From contig DAOOVU010000001.1 in assembly GCA_035370505.1 (NCBI GenBank), forward strand, positions 17,109-81,108: 64,000 nucleotides of DNA, read 5' to 3'. Below are positions 8,602-18,398 of the stretch, piece by piece. The stretch is from Candidatus Dojkabacteria bacterium (lineage in GTDB: Bacteria; Patescibacteriota; Dojkabacteria; SC72). The notes beneath the pieces are model-generated. The model was given only the letters and a program-made list of their open reading frames with translations, searched no databases and was not told where the DNA came from. The translations under genes and the position numbers were made by a program. The first letter of the stretch is position 1. Each line of letters starts with the position of its first letter.

Positions 8602-11600
8602 TTAGTTAGGTATATTCCATACTATGCTGTATGTTTTGTCGCTGTTTAATTCAAATCTTGAGGATAACTGATTGCTGATGTTGTTGAAATTTGATGAATT
8701 TTGTAATTTCCAAGTTACTGGATAGGTGATATCTAATTTGTATGCATAATTCTTTTCTCCTGCTTGTTTAAATATATTTATATCAAAAAATGCATTTGCT
8801 TTACTTTGTACCAAAGGGAAATTCCCTGAGTTGGCATTTTTTTGAAGTGTGTACTCTATTTTTAGAGTTGATATGGATTGTATTTTAGTATTGAACCAAC
8901 CACCTATTACTTTAAATCCATTTTCTTTGTATATATCGAACTTATTATTTTCAAATCCTTCTATTTTTGTTAAAACTGCATCAGAAGGAATATATACACG
9001 TTCATAGTTTATGTAGTCTCCATATGGATATGTCGTTGATGTTGATTTGTTCTCAACGGATAGTGTGTACGCAAAATCAATTGTTTTTTCATTCTTTATA
9101 TTTATTTTCAATGCATGGTTTTTGTCTAAGAAAAGATTTGCTTTGTTTCCTCCCCAATTCCAATCAACTACCGCAGGAGCACTGTTAAATTTGTCATCTA
9201 ATGAACCTGCCCAATTCCTTTTATTGAAGAATGCATATGCATCTGAATTCCTAAATGTTGCCTGTATGTGTTTTTCATCAAGAGATGATACAAAAACATC
9301 TTTGAGAGATATTAAATCTGAGATTTTCATTGAAAAGATTTTTTTTACAACTTCATTAGCTAAATTGGCTAAGAAAGAAGCCTTTTGAGTTGATCCAGGT
9401 TCAAATTCTTCATGCATTTCAAATATTTTTGGATATATGTTTTGACTTGTAATGATTTCATCTTCCCCAGGAACTTGTATACCACCCCATTTATCAAGTA
9501 ATTTTTGAAGAAATGCTATATCTATTGTAATTACCCCATCTATTCGTGATCCAATGCCTAAATCTTTTGTGAATTTTTCTAGTGAATCATGAGTATCTGA
9601 AAGATCTGGGTACCAATTAGCTAAAGAGAACGACCATTTTGTTAAATTAAGAGCTTTTGCCATGGAATCAGGAGGGTTGTATGTTTTGCCTTGTACCTTG
9701 AGTGTTCCATCTGCATTGTATATATCGTCGACGAAAATTTCTCGTATTTGTCCACCCTCTATTCCTAAAACTCCGTAACTTGTTGGCCATCCACCAGTGG
9801 CTCTCATTTCTGATTCGTTTTGTAAAAGTATCAGATATCTTTGTCTTTCGTCTTGCCCTAAGACAGCAGGAAGAAAAGAGGAAGCTTCTTTATATGCTTT
9901 TGCTACATCATCTATTTGTTTGACATAATCTTTTATATCTAGAATTTCACTTTGTATTGACTTTGGAAATACTGTAGTATCAACTTTTGTCATAATTTCT
10001 GATGCCAAGGACAACTTGTACGAGGCTTCGTTTAATTTGTATGAATTTTTCGACATTTCATCTAAATATTGTCTGTATTCTTTTGTAGTGGATGGAGTAT
10101 TGTCCTGAAAAGTAATTGCAGGCTCAAATTCTTTAATGTAGTGTGCAAAAGGAGTAACTGCTTCTGTAAGTTGTTTTGCGCCTTTAGAGGCATTTTCTCC
10201 TGCTTGTATCATTTGCATTAAATTGAGATACAGATCATCTTTGTTAAGCATAGTAAACAGCCATTTTATATTTGAAATTCCATCTGAAACTCTCTCTATA
10301 TTTTTGTCTATTGTTTCTATGCTTTTTAGATTTTGATCTTCATCAAGATCGAAGAAGGAATCTGAAAGTTGTTTTGATGTTTTGTTTATAATGTAGAGAC
10401 CTAAGGAAGAGGCTACAATTGGGTAGACAAGAAAATATGCAAAAAGTACAGTAAGTACCGATATTGCGATCCCTTTTATAAATGTTTTTCCAGTAAGTTT
10501 TTTTGCTGTTTCTTTGTTGAAAATTTTTTTGAATGGATTTGTTAGTTTTGATACAGCTTCTCCAAATTCTGTTTTACTGATTTTTACATTTTTTTCTTTT
10601 AATTGTTTTTCATCATTTTTGTCTTCTTTAGATACATTCCATTGTTTGTTTATTTGTCCATAATAGTTTTGAAGTTGAGCTATACATGATTCTTCCAATG
10701 ATACTTGTTGAGTCCATCCATATTTTCCTGCATGTGGAGCTGGTACATATACATCTTGTATTGTGAATTTTTCATTTGGGTTATCAACAAATCTTATACT
10801 TTGTGCTTCTGTATTAAGCTCAAGTAGTTTGTATGCTATTGAAAGGGTTGTATAGTTGTTTTTGTTTGCTAGGGTTATTACCTCTTTTTTTGTGGAATCT
10901 GAAAATGTTAGTTTCAAAAGTCCATATGCTGCGTCTTCTTCATTTATTAAATTGTGTATGTCTAATCCTTCTCCATATATTGTTATCTGGGGCTTTGAAA
11001 CAGCATCTCTAAACATTGTGTCTAATATCGGGACATCAATTTTGTCAATTCCTTTTCCAAGTAGTGTTCCTAATCTGATAATTCTCAAATTGGTGTCGGT
11101 TTTGTCTCCAAACTCTGCAACAAGATTTTCACAGTACTTTTGTAGTTCCACATTTGAGTAAGGAGATGGTGATGCTGTCTTTTCTGTTTGAATTCTGTTT
11201 GCTAGTTCTCTATTTAGTGCAAGTGAAGTTATCAACGTAAATTTTGCATTATTTTTCTTGGTGCTGAGTAGTGCTTGTTCTAAATATTTTGTTTGGGAAA
11301 GAAATTCTTTGCTATCAAATTCTGGTTCTTTTAATTTTTCATTTAGAAAATAGAAGAGATAATCAAATCTTTTTATATTTTTGAAAAGAGAATCAAATCC
11401 TTTGTAATCGAAGAAATCAACGAGTTCAGATTTTTTTAATTCTGAGATATATTTTTTGGTCGAGCTGTTGAATTTGTCTATTATTACAACATAGCTCCCT
11501 TGCTCTATGAGTGTTTTTGCTACCAGATAGCCTAGTCTATTTCCTCCTCCTACTAGGATAGTTATTGGTGTTTGACTTTTAATTTGATTTATTCGTAAAT

Positions 11601-11607
11601 TGCTCAT
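8602..11607 (-). CDS. Degenerate NAD-dependent epimerase/dehydratase domain + TM + DUF4012 domain fusion
   Basis: Rossmann-like ILVGGGNRLG...VIIDKF, ITIYGEG, GWTQQVSLEE. TM at about aa 380-410. DUF4012-type RYLILLQNESEMRATGG and IDGVITID. Confidence 0.8.
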   Translation of the reverse strand: MSNLRINQIKSQTPITILVGGGNRLGYLVAKTLIEQGSYVVIIDKFNSSTKKYISELKKSELVDFFDYKGFDSLFKNIKRFDYLFYFLNEKLKEPEFDSKEFLSQTKYLEQALLSTKKNNAKFTLITSLALNRELANRIQTEKTASPSPYSNVELQKYCENLVAEFGDKTDTNLRIIRLGTLLGKGIDKIDVPILDTMFRDAVSKPQITIYGEGLDIHNLINEEDAAYGLLKLTFSDSTKKEVITLANKNNYTTLSIAYKLLELNTEAQSIRFVDNPNEKFTIQDVYVPAPHAGKYGWTQQVSLEESCIAQLQNYYGQINKQWNVSKEDKNDEKQLKEKNVKISKTEFGEAVSKLTNPFKKIFNKETAKKLTGKTFIKGIAISVLTVLFAYFLVYPIVASSLGLYIINKTSKQLSDSFFDLDEDQNLKSIETIDKNIERVSDGISNIKWLFTMLNKDDLYLNLMQMIQAGENASKGAKQLTEAVTPFAHYIKEFEPAITFQDNTPSTTKEYRQYLDEMSKNSYKLNEASYKLSLASEIMTKVDTTVFPKSIQSEILDIKDYVKQIDDVAKAYKEASSFLPAVLGQDERQRYLILLQNESEMRATGGWPTSYGVLGIEGGQIREIFVDDIYNADGTLKVQGKTYNPPDSMAKALNLTKWSFSLANWYPDLSDTHDSLEKFTKDLGIGSRIDGVITIDIAFLQKLLDKWGGIQVPGEDEIITSQNIYPKIFEMHEEFEPGSTQKASFLANLANEVVKKIFSMKISDLISLKDVFVSSLDEKHIQATFRNSDAYAFFNKRNWAGSLDDKFNSAPAVVDWNWGGNKANLFLDKNHALKINIKNEKTIDFAYTLSVENKSTSTTYPYGDYINYERVYIPSDAVLTKIEGFENNKFDIYKENGFKVIGGWFNTKIQSISTLKIEYTLQKNANSGNFPLVQSKANAFFDINIFKQAGEKNYAYKLDITYPVTWKLQNSSNFNNISNQLSSRFELNSDKTYSIVWNIPN

Positions 11608-11618
11608 ATGTTTACTTT

Positions 11619-12257
11619 TTATTCTTCATTGGTGATTATTGGAATTGGAAAATGGAAGGTTTTCAAATTAAGTTGGTATCCTTCTCTTATCAGTACTGGG
11701 ATTTCAACAGTTTCATATCCTTCTGCGTATACCTTTACTTGGTATTGCCCTGTCTTTAGTGAGAGGTTTGCAACAGATTGTGTGTTCACAAGATCTTTAT
11801 CTATGTACACTTTTGGATTTTCAGCACTGCTAGTTACTGTAATATATCCGTGTTCTTTTTCAGTTGCCTTTGCAGGTGTGTAGTAGAGAATTGAACCATT
11901 TAGCGTGCCATCTGGTCCTATTTCAACATCAATTCTGGCTGATGTATTTTTCGATAGTTCTATATTGAAAGATTGCTTTTGATAGAAGGATTCTTGAGTA
12001 GTTATTCTTTCTAATTCTACAAGATATTCGCCTTCTGGTAGGTCTTGTATTGTTACTGGGGTTTCTCCATAGTCTTTTCCATTCACCCATACTCTTGTTT
12101 TACTATTGGGAGTAACTATTTCTATTGTTGTGTTGTTATAGAATTTGTTAACTAAAGGCAGTCTGCCAATGAGAGATTTTACTGGAAGAAAATAGAAGAT
12201 AATTGAGAGAACTATGACAGATACTATTATCAGCAGGGCAGTTTTTATGCTTTTCAT
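11619..12257 (-). CDS. PEGA-domain membrane protein
   Basis: N-terminal TM; VWVNGKDYGETPVTIQDLPEGEYLV and a second PEGA-like repeat (VYIDKD...LKTGQYQVKVYAEGY). Confidence 0.85.
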   Translation of the reverse strand: MKSIKTALLIIVSVIVLSIIFYFLPVKSLIGRLPLVNKFYNNTTIEIVTPNSKTRVWVNGKDYGETPVTIQDLPEGEYLVELERITTQESFYQKQSFNIELSKNTSARIDVEIGPDGTLNGSILYYTPAKATEKEHGYITVTSSAENPKVYIDKDLVNTQSVANLSLKTGQYQVKVYAEGYETVEIPVLIREGYQLNLKTFHFPIPIITNEE

Positions 12258-12295
12258 ACTGCTAATTATAGTGAGAAGTTGTGCATATGTCTATC

Positions 12296-13507
12296 TTAGT
12301 AAGAATATTTTGATTCTGGAGATTTCTTTTTTTCTTCCATTTTCTTTTTTCTGGAGGAAAGTATATGCATTACAACAACTAATATTAATGCAAGACCAGT
12401 TGTTAGTATTAAAGCAAAGTATCTCATAGCGCCTGTTGAGAGAATTGCAAAGGAGCCAAGGAATAGTGTAATACCTGCTTCTAGCAGGACTATGTTTCTT
12501 CTTCCAATACCGAGTGCCATCAGCTGATGTTGAAAGTGGTCTGGTCCATTTATTTTCATTAAATCGAGTGGATTTTTAGGTTTGTATGTGATGTATCTTT
12601 TAATAATTACATAAGCGAAATCTATGAGAGGAACTATCAGCAACATAACTGTAGTTGAGAATTTTGCATCAGCAATTATTGACAGTAGACAAATCATAAA
12701 GCCATACACAGATTTTCCAGCTGATCCTGTCATTATTTTCTGAGGGGGCATTGCAAATACAAGAAAGATTAGCAGTCCTCCAGCCATGAAAATTGATATT
12801 GTCGAGGCAAATACAGAATTAAATCTTACACCGAGAATGAATATTAAAAGGAATATGATTAGGGAATTAGCCTCAATAATTCCGGGTGATCCTGCAGTCC
12901 ACTTAAACGCATTGGTGCAGATAATCATCCATATGATCAGTAGGATATCTCCCGGAAAAACTACTGACTGTTGTATTCCAAAGAGTGAGAAATTCCATGT
13001 ATACATATCTAGATTGATGTTTCCAAAAGACAAGTTTGTCAGATTTATAACTGAGAAGGCTATTATGACCGCAGATATAAATTGATAGAGGAATTGGGTC
13101 TTCGCTGGGAGGTTGAATATATCGTCAAGTGCTGATCCAATAATTAAAACGAGTAAGGCACATATTATCGGTATTGTGAAGCTGTCCATTTTGAAAAAAA
13201 GGCAGGTTATTATCAATGCTGGAACAGTAATGGCTAATCCTCCTAGTGCAGGAGTTATTCCTTCGTGCAAAGCTTTTTCTTCATTGTCAAAACTTTTTCC
13301 TTTCCTTTTAACTCCTGGTTTGTATGTTATGTCATATTTGAGTGCTAATTGTCCTACAATTGGTGTTAAAACTAGGGAGCATACAAACCCGATTAGAAAA
13401 ACATATAGATATTGAAAATATTTGAAGTATTGAGTTCCTTCAAAAAGTGCTAAATTAAATGAGCTCAGTATCTTATTCAATATTTCTGTTGCTGTGGACA
13501 TATCCAT
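12296..13507 (-). CDS. MraY/WecA/TagO-family polyprenyl-phosphate sugar-1-phosphate transferase
   Basis: Multi-TM; HEGITPALGGLAI, ALDDIFNLPAKTQF, DHFQHQL motifs (some divergent). Confidence 0.85.
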   Translation of the reverse strand: MDMSTATEILNKILSSFNLALFEGTQYFKYFQYLYVFLIGFVCSLVLTPIVGQLALKYDITYKPGVKRKGKSFDNEEKALHEGITPALGGLAITVPALIITCLFFKMDSFTIPIICALLVLIIGSALDDIFNLPAKTQFLYQFISAVIIAFSVINLTNLSFGNINLDMYTWNFSLFGIQQSVVFPGDILLIIWMIICTNAFKWTAGSPGIIEANSLIIFLLIFILGVRFNSVFASTISIFMAGGLLIFLVFAMPPQKIMTGSAGKSVYGFMICLLSIIADAKFSTTVMLLIVPLIDFAYVIIKRYITYKPKNPLDLMKINGPDHFQHQLMALGIGRRNIVLLEAGITLFLGSFAILSTGAMRYFALILTTGLALILVVVMHILSSRKKKMEEKKKSPESKYSY

Positions 13508-13514
13508 ATTTGTT

Positions 13515-13982
13515 TTAGAGTATCAGTTCAATTAAGATAATGCTTTGAGAAATTATACATAAAAGTGTTGTAATCATAAGAAGTTTTACCAAACTCTTTT
13601 CTCTATTGTAACAGCGTGGAACAAGTATTAGTGAAAATAACATAGCACAAGCAGAAATTGCTGGATATATATATATGTATACCTTATCAGTGAGCTTGTT
13701 CTGTATTGCCATATTGTACTTGTATATTGGAAGATATTTTGGAAGTGAATCAAAGTTTTGGCGTATCAAGAATATTTGTTGAATTATTAAGATTGTCCCT
13801 ATAACAACAACTGCCCATAATAGAGGATCTTTAAGGAATTTTAATATTTCGAGTCTGGTAGTCGTTTTATCTATTTTTCCCTTAACTTTGTAGAATTTGT
13901 TGCTGAATGGCTCTTTTATATCAAGTCCGAGCTGTGTATACTCTTCTTCATCTTTGCCTCTTGATTTTTTTGTATCAGACAT
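13515..13982 (-). CDS. Hypothetical membrane protein (3 TM)
   Basis: Three hydrophobic segments; TGnTATAAT 7 nt before ATG. Confidence 0.7.
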   Translation of the reverse strand: MSDTKKSRGKDEEEYTQLGLDIKEPFSNKFYKVKGKIDKTTTRLEILKFLKDPLLWAVVVIGTILIIQQIFLIRQNFDSLPKYLPIYKYNMAIQNKLTDKVYIYIYPAISACAMLFSLILVPRCYNREKSLVKLLMITTLLCIISQSIILIELIL

Positions 13983-14014
13983 ATGGTGAATTATATCACA
14001 GAGATAGTCTGTAT

Positions 14015-14764
14015 CTATTTTCGCTTGACTTCTGAAAACATTTGTAAGTACTGCTCTAGTGAAAGATGTTGTGCTCTTTTGGTCAAAAGCTCATTATACT
14101 GTGGAGGTACATAGTATTTCTGCCTTAAATTGCTGGAAAGAGTTTTTCTTGGGTGCTTAAAGCATTCTGTAAGAAAAGCAGAGAATTCTTCCGTATCTGT
14201 AATATCTTTTTTAGATGGTAAGAACTTTATGAGTGAACTCGTTACCTTTGGATGTGGATTAAATGATGCTCCAGAAATATCAAAAAGTTTTTTAGAATCA
14301 GCATAAAGTCTTGTCTGAATGGCGAGTAGATTGTTTTTTGGTTCAAGATTGGTATATTTTTGAGAGACCTCTTTTTGTATAATGAAGTATGATGCTGTAT
14401 TAAAATATTCCGAAGATATTACTTTCTTAATAATTTTTTTACATGTATTGTATGGAAGTGATCCGAAAAATAGTATTTTTTTGTCTTGCAAATTTTTTAA
14501 CTGTTCAAAATCCCAGTACAAAAAGTCTTCATTTACTACTGTAATTTGTGGAAAACGAATAGATAGGTCATTAGAAAGTTCATTATCTTTTTCCACTGCT
14601 ATGATGTTTTCCCTCTTCTCTACAAATATCTTTGTAAAATATCCTTGGCCCGGTCCTATTTCAACTAAAACATCGTGATGTTCTGAGAGAACTATATTTG
14701 CAATTTGTTCTGCGAGGTTTTTATTTACAAAGAAGTTTTGTCCTAAAGATTTTTTTGGTTTCAT
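14015..14764 (-). CDS. rsmA: 16S rRNA m6,2A dimethyltransferase RsmA/KsgA
   Basis: PKKSLGQNF, VEIGPGQG, SLPYN, IQKEV, F.PHPKVTS. Confidence 0.95.
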   Translation of the reverse strand: MKPKKSLGQNFFVNKNLAEQIANIVLSEHHDVLVEIGPGQGYFTKIFVEKRENIIAVEKDNELSNDLSIRFPQITVVNEDFLYWDFEQLKNLQDKKILFFGSLPYNTCKKIIKKVISSEYFNTASYFIIQKEVSQKYTNLEPKNNLLAIQTRLYADSKKLFDISGASFNPHPKVTSSLIKFLPSKKDITDTEEFSAFLTECFKHPRKTLSSNLRQKYYVPPQYNELLTKRAQHLSLEQYLQMFSEVKRK

Positions 14765-15700
14765 TTACATAGTTCTAAAATCCCATATATCTTCTTTCTT
14801 TGTATATACAGTTGAGCACTTTTTACAAATGGCTTTTGATTTTGATGAAAAGTCTAGATCTCCCTTACATTTTGGGCAGACAAGTACATCTTCTAATTTT
14901 AATGGAGAATCTAATTGTGGAGTATTTTTAGTTCTGCATACTAAAAATATACTTGGAGGAATATTGGTCCAAGAGAGAGAGTTTTGAAGCAATTTTTCAA
15001 AGAAAATCATAGTGCTAGGATTGAGGAATTTTTTCAATAGTGGGATTCTTAGAAATGAACAACCATACCTTTTCTCAATTGAAAAACCAGCAGTTTCTAA
15101 TTTCTTTTGAATGTCTTTTGGATGATAATTGTAGAATATACCCTTTAATCCTTGTGCTGTCCCTTGTGCATTATGCTCGGAAAGAGGATGTTCATAGGGA
15201 GTTTGATTAAAGAATTTAAAATTGAGATGAGCTATAGCTTTTAGAGATGCTTTTATATGTATTTTGTTTGGAATTTCTTGGATGTAGATGGCATTCCCAT
15301 TCATGACTTTGTGTACTTCTTCAAAATACTCAGGAATATTTTCAATGTGGTGTAGGACTCTAACCATCATTGCTCCATCGAATGTATTTTGCTTGAACGG
15401 CATCTTGTAAGCATTTCCTGCAATTAATTCCACATTAGGATATTTACTCAGTATGTTCTTCCTATTTTTTTGTAATGTCTTTATGGAGTAATCTAGGATT
15501 ATGGGATTTGAATATTTTTTATAGTAGGTTGATGTAAGTCTTCCATATGAACCTCCTATATCTAAAAACCATTTTCCACTTTCACCTTTTAATATTTTTT
15601 GCAGTACATTTCTTTCTGCAAGGTCTTCATATTGCCTAGCTTTCCAGTATTCTCTGTAGTCATAATCAAATAGATCGTAGTCTGTTACATCGTTAGTCAT
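14765..15700 (-). CDS. Class I SAM methyltransferase with C-terminal Trm112-like zinc ribbon
   Basis: LDIGGSYGR, GNAYKMPF..NTFD, VLHHI; C-terminal LVCPKCKGDL...ICKKCSTVY.KKEDIWDF. Confidence 0.85.
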   Translation of the reverse strand: MTNDVTDYDLFDYDYREYWKARQYEDLAERNVLQKILKGESGKWFLDIGGSYGRLTSTYYKKYSNPIILDYSIKTLQKNRKNILSKYPNVELIAGNAYKMPFKQNTFDGAMMVRVLHHIENIPEYFEEVHKVMNGNAIYIQEIPNKIHIKASLKAIAHLNFKFFNQTPYEHPLSEHNAQGTAQGLKGIFYNYHPKDIQKKLETAGFSIEKRYGCSFLRIPLLKKFLNPSTMIFFEKLLQNSLSWTNIPPSIFLVCRTKNTPQLDSPLKLEDVLVCPKCKGDLDFSSKSKAICKKCSTVYTKKEDIWDFRTM

Positions 15701-17426
15701 TTTTTAATTTGTTTATAATTTTAGCTGTATGTTCAAGTTGTTTGAGAAGTTCAGCTTGTTTTAGAGTATCTCCGATTTCTTCAGTCATTGCTATCTGTGA
15801 GGATATATTTTTCTGTAGGTTTGTATAATATCCAATTTTAATCTTTTTTATTAAATCTTTGAGTTGAGAATCTCTTTCTTCTGTTGTATCAGGAATTTCT
15901 CTTGCTTGAAATATTAAGTTTTCTACGAGTGTATGGAGTTGTTCTTCATTGTCAAATTGCTTAAAAAATTTTTCTTTATCAAAATTGTTAATTTGTTCAA
16001 GTAAGGATTTGTATATTTGTTCATACGGAGTATCTCTAAAAAAAATAGAGTCGATTATCAATTCTTTGGGAATATCATCATCGTAGAAAATCAGCATCTG
16101 TAAATACAAAAATTCGGGTGTTTTATATTTTTCAGTTTGTAATGACTTTGTAATCTGTTTGTGAGTTTTCGTTTCACGAATATCTATAGGTTTTACTGAA
16201 TTGTATCGAATCTTAGTTATCTTTGTATACTTAGAGATGTAAAGTGCTTTGGTCGAAGTGTCCTTAACGCTTTCTAGGAGAGGCTCAATGACTGCTCTTA
16301 TCTTATTAATATCCTCAAGTTTGTTAAGATCTTTTCCCCCTATAGTGTTAAATAAAATGATAGAGAAAGCCTCCTGTTTGTTTGACAAAGCCTCCTCCAT
16401 TTTCTGAGAACCAGACTGAAGCATTTCATCTATATCTTTGTAAGGAGAGGAAGTCGCTGCATATGGGTTTATTCCTATTTCAGAAGCAAGCTTGAAAGCT
16501 CTAATCAAAGCCATTTTTCCTGCATCATCATTATCAAAAAAGAAGATTATATTTTTAGTTAATGTTGATAATAGCTTTAGCTGTTCTATAGTTAAGCTTG
16601 TTCCAAGTGGAGCTACTATATTTTTAAAACCATGCTGATGAGATGATATTACATCCATAGATCCTTCACATACTATTGCTGAATCCAATTTCCTTATTTC
16701 TTGTTTTGACTCGTATTGTCCAAAAAGATTGTCTTTTTTATGAAAAATTGGTGTTTCAGGGGTATTCATATACTTTGGTCCTTTATCATCACCTGGCATA
16801 ATTCTAGCGGTAAATCCTATGACATCACCTTTTTTAGATCGTATTGGAAACATTATTCTGTTATAGAATTTCTCTTTTATGACTCCATTCTTTTCTGTAA
16901 ATAGCCCAGATTGTAGTAGTTCTTCTTTTGTATATTTTTTCTTGCTATTTAATTCATTTAGAAGATGAGGATATCTCGGAGCAAAACCTATTCCAAAGTT
17001 TTTTATTGTTTCTTTTGTTAAACCTCTTTTTTGTAGGTACTGAGAAGCTTCTTCACTTAATGCAAGTTGTCTGTAATAGTATTTTGTTGCCGTATAGTTA
17101 ATTTCTTCTAAAATCTTGTATTTGGGATTTGGTTCAAATTTTTTTAATTCCACTCCTGCTTCTTTTGCTAATTTTTCTAGTGTTTCTGGAAAATCTAAGT
17201 TCTCAATTTTTTGTATAAAGTTGAAAATATCCCCTGATTCCCCACATCCAAAACATTTGTATCTTTGCAGATCAGGGCTAACCATAAATGATGGTGTTTT
17301 TTCTTTGTGAAAAGGACATAATCCAGAAAAATTCTTTCCAGTCTGTTTAAGCTGGACATATCTGCCAATAACTTGAACAATATCAAGCCTATCTTTTATC
17401 TCTGAAACCTGATTGTTGTACTCCAT
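15693..17426 (-). CDS. dnaG: DNA primase
   Basis: CPFHKEKTPSF...CFGC zinc finger, RIMFPI, PKYMNTPET, EGSMD, FDNDDAG (TOPRIM), KDIDE. Confidence 0.97.
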   Translation of the reverse strand: MEYNNQVSEIKDRLDIVQVIGRYVQLKQTGKNFSGLCPFHKEKTPSFMVSPDLQRYKCFGCGESGDIFNFIQKIENLDFPETLEKLAKEAGVELKKFEPNPKYKILEEINYTATKYYYRQLALSEEASQYLQKRGLTKETIKNFGIGFAPRYPHLLNELNSKKKYTKEELLQSGLFTEKNGVIKEKFYNRIMFPIRSKKGDVIGFTARIMPGDDKGPKYMNTPETPIFHKKDNLFGQYESKQEIRKLDSAIVCEGSMDVISSHQHGFKNIVAPLGTSLTIEQLKLLSTLTKNIIFFFDNDDAGKMALIRAFKLASEIGINPYAATSSPYKDIDEMLQSGSQKMEEALSNKQEAFSIILFNTIGGKDLNKLEDINKIRAVIEPLLESVKDTSTKALYISKYTKITKIRYNSVKPIDIRETKTHKQITKSLQTEKYKTPEFLYLQMLIFYDDDIPKELIIDSIFFRDTPYEQIYKSLLEQINNFDKEKFFKQFDNEEQLHTLVENLIFQAREIPDTTEERDSQLKDLIKKIKIGYYTNLQKNISSQIAMTEEIGDTLKQAELLKQLEHTAKIINKLKND

Positions 17427-17444
17427 TATATCAGTATTATACCA

Positions 17445-18380
17445 TTATTCGCATGATATCTTGTTCTCTTGTACAGTACATTGCATTTCTGCAACTCCTG
17501 TGCTGTTTGGGGTATTCCACTGTATTTCCTCTCCGTTGAAGAAAAGATGCGTACTGCTTAACTTTCCTGTTATTATGTGTAAGGTTTTTTCAATTTTAAA
17601 CTCTGTTTCTGATGGTTCGACTATATTTGCAATCTTGTTTACACTGTCGATATCAAGTTTTATCCAAGCAGAAGAATCAGTTACTTTCAGCTTAATGATA
17701 TTTTCTTTTGGTGCAACTTCTTGTTGAACTTGTGGTTTTTCATATGTAATTTTTCTGGTCTCAACCGTTTCGAGTACATTGTTATTATTCTTTCTCGCTT
17801 TGAAAGTGATAATATTCATTCCTTCATTTAATTTAATCTCTTTTTCAAATTCTCCTTGTTCATTCTGTTCTACTGCAACATCATTTATTTCTATATCTGT
17901 ATTATCTGAAACTTTTCCTTTTACCTTTATAGTCTCTTCAGTTGTAGTAATGTCCTGTTGAGGTTCTGTTATTATTAATTCTGGTGGTGTCTGAAATCTG
18001 TGTATTTGTACAAAAATATATGCAACTACACCCAAGGAAAAAAGCGTAAGTAACACGGTTATTAACAATTGTGGTGTCAACACATTTCTTTTATTGTTTA
18101 GAGCCTTTTGTTTAAATATTGGAGTATCTTGGGATTGAGCGATAGGAGTGTGGTTAGTTCTTCTGTATAGTGCTAAAACTTTTTTTACATCAAGTCCTAG
18201 ATATTCTGCATATATTTTTATGAATCCTCTCAGAAAAACTTCTGATTCAAATGGCGAAAACTCATCCTTTTCTATGTATTCAAGGAATCTCTTTTGTATC
18301 TTTGTATCTGCTGATACAACATCTAAGCTTTTCCCTAGCTGTAATCTCTTGTTTTTTATGACTTGTCCTACTGTCAGCAT
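17445..18380 (-). CDS. RodZ-like protein (HTH + TM + Ig-like domain)
   Basis: GQVIKNKR...TKIQKRFLEYIE...VFLRGFIKIYAEYLGLD, TM, PPELIITEP...LNEGMNIITF Ig-like repeat. Directly downstream of ftsK. Confidence 0.8.
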   Translation of the reverse strand: MLTVGQVIKNKRLQLGKSLDVVSADTKIQKRFLEYIEKDEFSPFESEVFLRGFIKIYAEYLGLDVKKVLALYRRTNHTPIAQSQDTPIFKQKALNNKRNVLTPQLLITVLLTLFSLGVVAYIFVQIHRFQTPPELIITEPQQDITTTEETIKVKGKVSDNTDIEINDVAVEQNEQGEFEKEIKLNEGMNIITFKARKNNNNVLETVETRKITYEKPQVQQEVAPKENIIKLKVTDSSAWIKLDIDSVNKIANIVEPSETEFKIEKTLHIITGKLSSTHLFFNGEEIQWNTPNSTGVAEMQCTVQENKISCE

Positions 18381-18398
18381 TATGCATGTATTTTACTA

